From the NCBI GenBank assembly GCA_032128375.1, contig JAQBGU010000219.1, positions 1 to 27,547 of the forward strand: a stretch of 27,547 bases of DNA, read 5' to 3'. The notes beneath the pieces are model-generated. The model did no database searches, was not told where the DNA came from, and saw nothing but the letters and a program-made list of their open reading frames with translations. Within the stretch, counting starts at the first letter, position 1, and every line of letters begins with the position of its first letter. This document shows positions 17,416-25,936 of the stretch, one piece after another. Source of the stretch: Deltaproteobacteria bacterium. GTDB taxonomy: Bacteria; Myxococcota_A; UBA9160; SMWR01. Made by a program: the position numbers and the translations under genes.

Positions 17416-17856
17416 TCAGGCGAGAAGCCAGCGGGGCAACGAGATCGCGTCATCGATTTTTTCGAACACGACGCGTACCGCGGATCCGATCTCGATCTCG
17501 CTCGGATCGATCTCGTTGATGGGTCCGCCCGCGCGGGCCACGAGATTTCCGACCAGCCGGATCGTCGGGTCTTCGGCGAGCGCGACGAGGATCACGTTGT
17601 ACGGGGCGAGTTCGCCGAATTGCGCTAGCAGTGGAGGATGCGGCACGACGTACGACCAGATGCTTCCTCGGCCGGAGACGGTCGTCCAGACGGGCCTTAC
17701 AGCGGGTGCCCACGGGCTGAACGGGCGGGGTGGGAAGATCAAGCGACCGGTTTCGCCGCACTGCTGGATGCACAGTTCGCCGCGCCGCGCGCCCTCAAAG
17801 AACGGCGCGGAGTCTTCGTCGATCTGCGGCAAGAGCACGTCGGCGCTCATCTTCAT
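17416..17856 (-). CDS. Stand-alone DUF35 (rubredoxin-like + OB-fold) protein, ChsH2 C-terminal-like
   Basis: DEDSAPFFEGARRGEL, FPPRP, VSGRGSIWSYVV, PYNVILVALAE and IGSAVRVVFE. ATGA overlap with the stop of the upstream thiolase-like gene. Confidence 0.9.
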   Translation of the reverse strand: MKMSADVLLPQIDEDSAPFFEGARRGELCIQQCGETGRLIFPPRPFSPWAPAVRPVWTTVSGRGSIWSYVVPHPPLLAQFGELAPYNVILVALAEDPTIRLVGNLVARAGGPINEIDPSEIEIGSAVRVVFEKIDDAISLPRWLLA

Positions 17857-18995
17857 CGCCTCAACAGAACCGCGCTCGTCGGCACACCCTCGCCCGCTGT
17901 CACCAGACAACAGTCCGCGGCTTCGGCCTGATTGACCGATGTTCCACGCATCTGCCGCACCCCTTCGTTGATCAAGTTGAACCCGTGGACGTACGCCTCG
18001 GACAGGCCGCCGCCGGATGTATTGATTGGGAGTCGCCCGGCGTTTTCCAATGCGCCGTGCTCGGTGAAAGCGGCACCCTCGCCGCGCTTGCAAAAGCCGT
18101 AACCCTCGAGCGACAACAGGATCAACGGCGTGAAAGCATCATAGAGTTGCGCGACCCGAATGTCGCTCGCCTGAAAGTCAGATCTCGAGAACAACTGCTT
18201 TGCACAGGTCCAGGCCGGCCCGGTCAGCGGGTCCTCACCCCAGTAGTTGACCATCGCGTGTGACTGACGTGCGAGTCCCTGGCCAAACGCGTGAACATAT
18301 GCGGGTACCTGGCGACAGTCCCGCGCTCGGTTTGCCGCGACCAGCACGCACGCCAGCGCACCGTCGGTTTCGAGGCAGTTGTCGAACAGGCATAGCGGTT
18401 CAGAGATCGGGCGTGCCGCCATGTACTGGTCGCGCGCCATGGTCTTGTCGTACATCAACGCAGCGGGATTGCGGTTGGCCATCTTGCGAACCGCGATCGC
18501 GACATTGGCCAGATGGTCGCGCGTCGCGCCGAATTCGTGCATGTAGCGGCGTGTGAGCATTGCGATCTCATCGACCGGGCGCAGCAAGCCGAACGGGCGC
18601 GTCCATGTCGCCGGTGTCGAGGGCTGCGCGACGACGCTCGCCCAGGGGCGTCCGCCGGAGCCACGTTTTCGCGATCGCCATGCAACACCGACGCGGCATT
18701 GGCCCGTCGCAATCGCCATTGCGAGCTGGCCTACGGTCGCCGGACCGGCACCGCCACCGTATCCAACCTGGCTGAAGTAGGTGATGTCGCCGGCGCCGAG
18801 GTTCTTGGCAATTTCGACTTCGTCGGTCGTTTCCATTGTGTAGGACGCGAGACCGTCGACTTCGTCCGGTGCGATTCCGGCGTCGTCGAGTGCGGCCAGG
18901 ATCGCGGTGAGCGCGAGCTTTTTCTCGGAACCATCGAGTTGCTTGGCGAACTCGGTCTGGCCGATGCCGACAATGGCCGCTGCGTCTTTCAACAT
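17853..18995 (-). CDS. Thiolase-fold lipid-transfer protein, Ltp2/Sal-like aldolase
   Basis: AAIVGIGQTEF, GYGGGAG (no thiolase nucleophile Cys), LFDNCLETDGA, LYDAFT, PINTSGGGLSEAYVHG and LVTAGEGVPTS, all closely resembling Ltp2. Confidence 0.9.
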   Translation of the reverse strand: MLKDAAAIVGIGQTEFAKQLDGSEKKLALTAILAALDDAGIAPDEVDGLASYTMETTDEVEIAKNLGAGDITYFSQVGYGGGAGPATVGQLAMAIATGQCRVGVAWRSRKRGSGGRPWASVVAQPSTPATWTRPFGLLRPVDEIAMLTRRYMHEFGATRDHLANVAIAVRKMANRNPAALMYDKTMARDQYMAARPISEPLCLFDNCLETDGALACVLVAANRARDCRQVPAYVHAFGQGLARQSHAMVNYWGEDPLTGPAWTCAKQLFSRSDFQASDIRVAQLYDAFTPLILLSLEGYGFCKRGEGAAFTEHGALENAGRLPINTSGGGLSEAYVHGFNLINEGVRQMRGTSVNQAEAADCCLVTAGEGVPTSAVLLRR

Positions 18996-19050
18996 CTTGT
19001 TTCTGCCCCCGATGGCCGCACCGTAGCGAATAGCAACTCCCAACACCTGA

Positions 19051-19067
19051 CATCAGAAGACCTGATG
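19051..19067. promoter_or_regulatory. Palindrome CATCAG-N5-CTGATG, candidate operator
   Basis: Perfect 6-bp inverted repeat within the short divergent gap between the aldolase-like and ABC genes. Confidence 0.3.
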
Positions 19068-19092
19068 GATCCGTACCAGCACGGGTGCGACC

Positions 19093-21108
19093 GTGTACAA
19101 TCAACGGCTGCCGATGCTGGACGAGTCATCCAAGGCGTCACTATCAAAGTTGGGTTCGGGCGGAAAACAAGACCGCCTGGGCTTTCGGCTCGTCTTGGCG
19201 ACGCTGTTTCGCTGCGTTCGGTTGTTGCGGCCGGTCCGCAAGCACGTGTTCGGCCTGTTCGTGGGCTTCGCGCTGGTCTATTGCATGATCGTCCCCACGA
19301 CGCTGATGACGTTCGACTTGTTTTGGACGCGATCGCTTCAGGGCCAGCCGATGACGCCCGAGAGCGCCGCCTTTTTCGGGTTCGACGTCGCAGCGGCCGC
19401 CGCAGACGTAGAAACCCTCGCCCCCGAAATTCGGCGAACCATCGCGCGCCGCGGTCTGATCATCGCGGGGGTCGTGTTCGGCGCAATGATTCCGCTGATC
19501 ATCGCTCTTTACTACTGGCAGGTATGGATCCTTCAGCGGGTCAATCAACTGCTGCGGGTCGAGATGCTGGATCGGCTACAGGCATTGAGTCTGCGTTTCC
19601 ATGCGGAAAATCGCGTCGGCGATGCGATCTATCGCCTATACCAGGACAGTGCGATGGTGACCCAACTGATCGACGTGCTCTTTCTCACGCCGATCACCGC
19701 CATTTCGCGCTATTCGGCGATGGTCGCGCTCGTCGCGGTGTTCGACCCCAAGATGAGCCTCGCGCTGCTGTTGATCTGGCCTCCCGTCATCGTGCTTGGT
19801 GCCGTGTTCTCGCAACGGATGCGCGTTGGGTTCCGCGCTGCACGCGAGGCGAACAGCGATCTCACCTCGCGCATCCAGGAGACGTTGACGGGAATTCGTG
19901 TCATCAAGGCGTACGGCGCGGAGCTTCGCGAGCAGACCCGCTTCGAGTCCGAATCGATGCATGCGTTCGATCAAGCCGCGATCGCGCGCTCGCGGCTGGC
20001 GCGATTCAATGTTGCGATCTTCTGGGTGGTGGGTGCGGCGCTGCTCATGGGCAGCGGCTGGGCTGCGCTGCTGACGATGGAAGGGCGACCGCTGTACATG
20101 GGGGCGGCCATCGCGGCCGCTGGTCTGGGAACCTGGAATCTGGGATTGTACAATGCATTCAAGTTTCTGTTCGGTTCGGGTTCGGATTCGGTTCGCCTGC
20201 TGATGAAGACCTGGGGTCGAACGCAGGACATCGCAATCGGGCTCGACCGGGTCTTCGAACTGCTCGATGTCGAGCCCGAGGTGCAGGACGCAGATGATGC
20301 GATCTCGCTTCCGCCGGTGGAACGCGGCGTGGCATTTCGGGACGTCTCGTTTGCCTATCAGGCCGATCGCCCCGTCCTCGACGAGATCGACTTCGAGGCG
20401 CACGTGGGAGAGATCACCGCGATCGTCGGACCGACGGGCTCGGGAAAGAGCACGCTGATGGCGCTGCTGTTGCGACTGTTCGACCCCGAGTCCGGCGTGG
20501 TCGAAATCGACGGAACCGACTTACGTCGGTTCAAGATCGAGGGTCTGCGCCGCCGTATCGCGATCGCATTGCAGGAAAACATCCTGTTCGGCACGACAGT
20601 GCGCGAGAATATCCGCTACGCGGTGCCCGACGCGAGTGACGAGGTGGTGAAACACGCGGCGACGATTGCCTGCGCGGACCGCTTCATCAACGAACAGCCG
20701 GCTGGCTACGACACCCTGCTCGGCGAGCGCGGCACCAAGTTGAGCTCTGGACAGCGCCAGCGCTTGTCGATTGCGAGAGCGATCGTCAAGGACACCGATA
20801 TCTTGATCCTCGACGAACCCACCGCGTCGCTCGATGCGGCGACCGAAGCCGACGTACTGCGAAATCTCGCCCAGTGGGGAAAGCAGCGTGCGATTTTTTT
20901 GATCACGCACCGGTTGTCGACGATCCGGCGCGCCGACAAGATCGTGTTTCTGCGTGATGGGCGGATTGTCGAAGTCGGCAGCCATGAGGAGTTGATGAGC
21001 AGACCCGGCGGTGGGTACCGCGCGATGGTCGAAACCGAGGAAGTGCCGATGGTCGAGATGGCCGTTTCGGACGGAGAACGCGGGCAGACACTCGGGGTGA
21101 CGCCGTGA
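19093..21108 (+). CDS. Type IV ABC half-transporter (TMD+NBD), subunit 1
   Basis: N-terminal TMD, GPTGSGKST, LSSGQRQR, ILILDEPT and ITHR. True start may be ATG 19114. Confidence 0.94.
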   Translation: MYNQRLPMLDESSKASLSKLGSGGKQDRLGFRLVLATLFRCVRLLRPVRKHVFGLFVGFALVYCMIVPTTLMTFDLFWTRSLQGQPMTPESAAFFGFDVAAAAADVETLAPEIRRTIARRGLIIAGVVFGAMIPLIIALYYWQVWILQRVNQLLRVEMLDRLQALSLRFHAENRVGDAIYRLYQDSAMVTQLIDVLFLTPITAISRYSAMVALVAVFDPKMSLALLLIWPPVIVLGAVFSQRMRVGFRAAREANSDLTSRIQETLTGIRVIKAYGAELREQTRFESESMHAFDQAAIARSRLARFNVAIFWVVGAALLMGSGWAALLTMEGRPLYMGAAIAAAGLGTWNLGLYNAFKFLFGSGSDSVRLLMKTWGRTQDIAIGLDRVFELLDVEPEVQDADDAISLPPVERGVAFRDVSFAYQADRPVLDEIDFEAHVGEITAIVGPTGSGKSTLMALLLRLFDPESGVVEIDGTDLRRFKIEGLRRRIAIALQENILFGTTVRENIRYAVPDASDEVVKHAATIACADRFINEQPAGYDTLLGERGTKLSSGQRQRLSIARAIVKDTDILILDEPTASLDAATEADVLRNLAQWGKQRAIFLITHRLSTIRRADKIVFLRDGRIVEVGSHEELMSRPGGGYRAMVETEEVPMVEMAVSDGERGQTLGVTP

Positions 21109-23075
21109 GAGAGCGTCTGGAAGAGCAGACCGAGATATCGAACCGCCAGACGGTCGAGTTGCTGCGGCGCGCACTTCGCTACATCGAGCCGTTTCGCAGT
21201 CGGTTCGCGATCAAGCTCGCTTACGGCGTGGCGGGCTTGCTGCCGATGCTGGTCTTGCCGTGGCCGATCAAGATCCTGGTCGATCACGTCATCGAGAAGA
21301 TCCCGATTGGCGAATCGCTCACGCCACTGCCGTTCTTCGTGCGCCCGTTGGTCGACCAGCTCGTCGGCGCATCGCCCGTCGCGATCGCCGGCTGGGCCAT
21401 TGGCACACAGGCAGTGTTGTTGATCCTGGTAGGTGCAATCGGGACGTCCGGCCGCGAAAACGACCACACGGAAGCCTATTTGTCGAGTGGTCACGATACG
21501 GCCACCCAGACCGAGAACGAAGCGAACGCCGGGTTCAGTCTGGCTGGTGGAATTCTCGGGTACTTCGATTTTCGCTTTACGATCCGGCTGACGCAGGCGC
21601 TGAATCACCACTATCGGTCGCGGTTGTACGAGCGGATTCAATCGCTACCGATGAAGTCTTTCGACGACGAGCGGATCGGCGACGCGGTGTACCGCGTGAT
21701 GTATGACACGCCTTCGATCACAAACGGCTGCTTTCGGATCATGTTGACGCCACTTCTGTCTGTCATGATGATCCTCGCGACGGCCGGGATCCTGCAAGTC
21801 GTGTTTGGAGGCCACCCACGGCTGGTGTTGTCCGCATTGGCGCTGCTGCCACTTTCGCTTGTGGCAACGCTTCCGTTTGCGAGCGCGGTCCGCCGCCAAA
21901 ACGAGCAAAGCCGCAAAGCCGGCGCCACGACGACCTCGACAGTTGAAGAGGGCATGACGAATATTCTCGCCGTGCAGAGCCTGGGTGGTGAGAACCGCGA
22001 GCAGAACCGTTTCGATCGCGACAGCTGGGATTCGTTTTCGACCTACCGGCAGCTCGTGCGGACCATCCTGATTTCGGTCGTCGTGCTGCTGGTGCCGGTC
22101 TTCTACATCTTCGGGGGAGCGGTGCTGTACGCGATCGACATGGTGATCGACGGCGTGATCAGCCGCGGCGACTTCGTACTGTTCATTACGTACTTTTCGA
22201 TCATCGCGGGTGCGGCAATCGAGGTCGGCGCACTGTGGTTTCGGATGCAGGGCTCTGCGGCGGGCTTGAACCGCGTGTTCTTCTTGATGGATCTCCCCGC
22301 GGAGCAGGATGCTCCCGGTGCAGTCGCGCTCGAAGAGCTGCGAGACGGAATCTCGATGGATGATGTCTCGTTCCGATTCGATGATGGTACGCACGCGATT
22401 CGCAACGTGAGCCTGAAGGCACCCCGTGGGCAGGTAACCGCATTCGTCGGTCCGGCGGGCGCTGGGAAGACGACACTTGCCTACCTGCTGTGTGGGTACC
22501 TGGAGCCGTCCGAGGGACACATATCGATCGACGGCACGGACCTGCATCAATTCACGCGCAAGTCGCTTCGCGAGCATATCTCGTTCGTGTTCCAGGAGAC
22601 CTCGCTATTCGACGACACGGTTGAAGCGAATATCAAGCTGGGTCGCCCGGATGCGTCGGAGACCGATGTGCGCCGCGCAGCGAAAGTTGCCGGCGCAGAC
22701 CAATTCATCGCGCGGCTTCCCCAGGGATACAAGACGGGTCTCGGGCGCGGCGGCGGCAAGCTCTCGGTGGGGCAAAAGCAGCGGCTATCGATTGCACGCG
22801 CGCTCGTTCGCGAAACGCCGATCCTGGTCCTCGATGAGCCGACCTCCGCGCTCGATCCGCAGACCGAGATGGCGCTGGTCGCTTCATTGCGCGAGGCCAG
22901 CCGAGACCGCGCCGTCGTGGTCATCGCTCATCGTTTATCCACCGTGCGGTCAGCAGATACGATTCTGTTCGTGGAAGACGGAACGATCATCGAGCGCGGG
23001 TCCCATCCGGAGTTGATGATTCTGAATGGGTCTTACCGCCGCTTCGTCGACTTGCAATCGCGCGGTGCGGCCTGA
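21105..23075 (+). CDS. Type IV ABC half-transporter (TMD+NBD), subunit 2
   Basis: GPAGAGKTT, LSVGQKQR, LVLDEPT and IAHR. GTGA overlap with subunit 1. Confidence 0.94.
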   Translation: MRERLEEQTEISNRQTVELLRRALRYIEPFRSRFAIKLAYGVAGLLPMLVLPWPIKILVDHVIEKIPIGESLTPLPFFVRPLVDQLVGASPVAIAGWAIGTQAVLLILVGAIGTSGRENDHTEAYLSSGHDTATQTENEANAGFSLAGGILGYFDFRFTIRLTQALNHHYRSRLYERIQSLPMKSFDDERIGDAVYRVMYDTPSITNGCFRIMLTPLLSVMMILATAGILQVVFGGHPRLVLSALALLPLSLVATLPFASAVRRQNEQSRKAGATTTSTVEEGMTNILAVQSLGGENREQNRFDRDSWDSFSTYRQLVRTILISVVVLLVPVFYIFGGAVLYAIDMVIDGVISRGDFVLFITYFSIIAGAAIEVGALWFRMQGSAAGLNRVFFLMDLPAEQDAPGAVALEELRDGISMDDVSFRFDDGTHAIRNVSLKAPRGQVTAFVGPAGAGKTTLAYLLCGYLEPSEGHISIDGTDLHQFTRKSLREHISFVFQETSLFDDTVEANIKLGRPDASETDVRRAAKVAGADQFIARLPQGYKTGLGRGGGKLSVGQKQRLSIARALVRETPILVLDEPTSALDPQTEMALVASLREASRDRAVVVIAHRLSTVRSADTILFVEDGTIIERGSHPELMILNGSYRRFVDLQSRGAA

Positions 23076-23108
23076 AGCGCGCACATCCAACCGCAGGAGG
23101 ACTGTGTC

Positions 23109-24398
23109 ATGTCTGATCACCGAGAGTCTGAGAGCACAGAGAGAGAGAACAGAGGGGCCGCGCAACGAGAGTTCGAAATCGTCGTCTGGGGTGCAACCGG
23201 CTTTACCGGAAGGCTCACTGCCGAATGCCTCACGCGCCGCAGCAGTGAAATCGGGGGCGTCCGCTGGGCGCTCGGAGGCCGAAACCGAGCCAAGCTCGAG
23301 AGCGTTCGCAAGGAGCTCGGCGATGAAACTGGACTCGACGTGAGTTCTGTGCCGATCCTAGTCGGCGACGGCGATGACGACGATTTCCTGGCCGAGTTGT
23401 CTCAGCGGACGGACGTCGTGTGCACGACCGTGGGGCCGTACGCGAAGTACGGCTCGAAACTCGTGGCCGCCTGCGCGGCGAATGGTACGCACTACTGCGA
23501 TTTATCCGGAGAATCGCATTGGATGCAGCAGATGATCGATCGGCACGGCGACGAGGCGACGTCGAGCGGCGCGCGTATCGTGTTTACCTGCGGGTTCGAT
23601 TGCATCCCATCGGATCTCGGAGCGTTCTTCATGCAGCGCGAGATGATGAAGCGACACGGCACGCGCTGCCGTGCGATCCAGTTCCGGGTCCAGGGGTTCA
23701 GCGGCGGTGCGAGCGGGGGCACGATCGCCAGCATGTTGAACATGATGGAAGAGGCTGAACGAGATCCGCAGGTGATGCGCACGATGAACGATCCGTACGC
23801 GCTGAATCCGAAAGGAGAGCGGCACGGACCGGATGGGCCGCAGCGATTTGCGCCTTCTCACGACAGCGACTTCGAACAGTGGGTGGCACCGTTTGTGATG
23901 GGTGGGATCGACACGCAGGTCGTGCGCCGCTCGAACGCGCTGCTCGACTACGCATATGGACGAGACTTTCGTTATGACGAGGCCGTGTTGATGGGGTCCG
24001 GACCGCTCGGTTTCGCGAAGGCCGCGGCCACGAGCGCCGGCACGGCTGCGATGATGGCTGCCATGAGCGCGGGGCCGATACGACGTCGCGTAGCACGGCG
24101 GCTGCCATCCCCCGGCGATGGGCCTTCGAAACAGAAGCGAGAGGCGGGCTATTTCGATATTCGGATCCGCGCTGAACATCCGACCGATCCCAGCAAGGCG
24201 CTGCAAGGACGCGTGACTGGAGACCGGGATCCTGGCTACGGCTCGACGTCGAAGATGCTCACCGAGAGCGCGCTCTGCCTTGCCAGTGACCCGCTGATAG
24301 TCGGCGGCGGTTTCTGGACCCCGGCCTCGTCAATGGGAGAACCACTACTCGCGCGCTTGACCGAGCATGCGGGCGTGACGTTTACGATCAGCGACTAG
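23109..24398 (+). CDS. Saccharopine dehydrogenase-like / trans-acting enoyl reductase family oxidoreductase
   Basis: VVWGATGFTG, ALGGRNRAKL, TVGPYAKYG, HYCDLSGE, CGFDCIPSDLG and DPGYGSTSKML. AGGAGG RBS. Confidence 0.9.
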   Translation: MSDHRESESTERENRGAAQREFEIVVWGATGFTGRLTAECLTRRSSEIGGVRWALGGRNRAKLESVRKELGDETGLDVSSVPILVGDGDDDDFLAELSQRTDVVCTTVGPYAKYGSKLVAACAANGTHYCDLSGESHWMQQMIDRHGDEATSSGARIVFTCGFDCIPSDLGAFFMQREMMKRHGTRCRAIQFRVQGFSGGASGGTIASMLNMMEEAERDPQVMRTMNDPYALNPKGERHGPDGPQRFAPSHDSDFEQWVAPFVMGGIDTQVVRRSNALLDYAYGRDFRYDEAVLMGSGPLGFAKAAATSAGTAAMMAAMSAGPIRRRVARRLPSPGDGPSKQKREAGYFDIRIRAEHPTDPSKALQGRVTGDRDPGYGSTSKMLTESALCLASDPLIVGGGFWTPASSMGEPLLARLTEHAGVTFTISD

Positions 24399-24497
24399 CG
24401 AATCAAGCGGGAGCCCGACAAGGATGGGAGCGTGCAGCTACGAGTGCGCGCTGGCTCGTCCCTTTTCTCGGGGACGCGGCTTGCACGTGGCCGCGCC

Positions 24498-25013
24498 TCA
24501 ATTGTCACCACGCCACTGCGCGGCGAGCGCTAGCAAGACGGCTGACACGCCGTCCTTGTGCTCGACCATCAGCAGCCGCGCCACTTGATCGCGACCAAAG
24601 AGCAGCCCGCCGAGCACGCCTTCGTCAACCGGAACACGCAGTCCCAGAACGCGCGGTGAATGGCGGTGCAGCAGCAATTCGACACTGCGGTAGAAGCGTT
24701 CGGACCCATCGCTTGCGAGTACCACCAGTCTGGAAACACGTTTACCGCGCTCGACGCCGGTCTTGCGGTCGACGTTCTTCAATCCCTTTTCTTCGCCGAC
24801 AAGCGCGCGCTGCGCGCCCTCCAGGCCGCGCACGATTCGGCCGGCTGAGTACGCGCTCCTCAGTGCGGTCTTGAGACCCGGTTTGAGTTCGGCGTGCGGG
24901 ACGCGCAGCTTGCCGCCCGTCCACAACGGCTGGGAGTGAGCCGCGAGTTCGCTCAAGAGTCGCGCGGCACCGGGCTCCTCTTCGACGCGCTTGGGCAAAC
25001 GTAGTTCATCCAT
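24498..25013 (-). CDS. Hypothetical protein with probable divergent L7Ae/L30e fold
   Basis: Fills the gap between two clear genes. LRSAYSAGRIVRG...RLVVLASDGS...VLGGLLFG matches the L7Ae pattern by eye. Start 25013 or 25031. Confidence 0.65.
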   Translation of the reverse strand: MDELRLPKRVEEEPGAARLLSELAAHSQPLWTGGKLRVPHAELKPGLKTALRSAYSAGRIVRGLEGAQRALVGEEKGLKNVDRKTGVERGKRVSRLVVLASDGSERFYRSVELLLHRHSPRVLGLRVPVDEGVLGGLLFGRDQVARLLMVEHKDGVSAVLLALAAQWRGDN

Positions 25014-25034
25014 TCGTTTGGAGTCCCTCATGCG

Positions 25035-25043
25035 ATTCTATCA
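25035..25043 (-). promoter_or_regulatory. Candidate extended -10 element TGA-TAGAAT
   Basis: Minus strand TGATAGAAT, followed by GAGGG and ATG 25013. Confidence 0.4.
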
Positions 25044-25152
25044 GCCCGACGTCTTCACCCATTGACCCAGCGAACGCGAAGACCGCAACAACGGGCCGGG
25101 AGAATCCGCTTCGCGATTCGTTGACGCTTCGGTGCTCCTGACCCGCTTTGGG

Positions 25153-25824
25153 TCAGCGTCCCGTCCAGCCGGAAATGAGTTTTTCCAGCGTCTGCGGGTA
25201 GAGGCCTTTCTTGAGCGCGCTCAAGGTCGCGGGATCCTTTTGGGTGAGCGGCTCGGCGATCTTGACCGCGCTCGACAATACCTCGGTCTCCGGCGCTGAG
25301 TCGTGGACAATCTGCGCGGCTCGAGCTTCGGCTCCCCCGTAGCGACGGCCCGTGATGATGGCCTCGTGGCAAGTCGGCGTGGGCAATTTGCATTGGATCA
25401 ACGCGGTCATTCCCCCGGTCAGCGGCATGCCGAGGTCGATTTCCGGCAGGCAGAAATAGCCGCGATCTTCGCGCATGACCCGGAAGTCGTGTGCCAGCGC
25501 GAGCATGCCGCCACCGGCGAACGCGTGGCCGTTGATCGCAGCGACCGTGATCGCAGGGAAACACAGCATGCGGGCAAACAGTGCATGGACCGTCGCGATG
25601 AATGCTTCGGCTTCGTCCCGTCCATCTCCCATCAACCAGTCGAGATCGAGGCCGTTGGAATAGAACTTCCCGGTCCCGGTCGTGACCAGTGCTCGCGGCC
25701 TCTGTGCGTGCTCGACTTCGTCGAGCGCCGAGTTCCAGGCGGCGATCGATTCAGGATTGAAGCGGTTCTCGCCGACGTTCATGCGCAAAATGTAGACATC
25801 GCCTTGCCGTTCGAGGTCGATCAC
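25153..25824 (-). CDS. Delta3,Delta2-enoyl-CoA isomerase-like crotonase
   Basis: ENRFN, KFYSNGLDLDW and AINGHAFAGGGMLALAHDFRVMREDRGYFCLPEIDLG (single Glu). GGAG RBS, GTG start. Confidence 0.88.
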   Translation of the reverse strand: MIDLERQGDVYILRMNVGENRFNPESIAAWNSALDEVEHAQRPRALVTTGTGKFYSNGLDLDWLMGDGRDEAEAFIATVHALFARMLCFPAITVAAINGHAFAGGGMLALAHDFRVMREDRGYFCLPEIDLGMPLTGGMTALIQCKLPTPTCHEAIITGRRYGGAEARAAQIVHDSAPETEVLSSAVKIAEPLTQKDPATLSALKKGLYPQTLEKLISGWTGR

Positions 25825-25854
25825 GTTCGCTCCACTGGACGCTATTTGTTGTGT

Positions 25855-25882
25855 AAGGGTTGCTCGTGAAAGGGTTGCTCGT
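25855..25882. repeat. Direct repeat AAGGGTTGCTCGT x2 (period 15)
   Basis: Copies at 25855-25867 and 25870-25882, upstream of the isomerase gene. Confidence 0.88.
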
Positions 25883-25936
25883 CACCGGCCCATAGGTGAA
25901 CCGTTGCCTGTCAACCGGCACCAATCGAGCGCCCGG

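Noticed and set aside
23125..23150. (AG)5 run in the 5' end of the reductase gene as a phase-variation switch
   Set aside because: Too short, and within a low-complexity N-terminal tail.
24399..24497. Hairpins in convergent gaps (also 15694-15789) as terminators or ncRNA
   Set aside because: Short GC stems without clear U-tracts, not distinguishable from background by eye.
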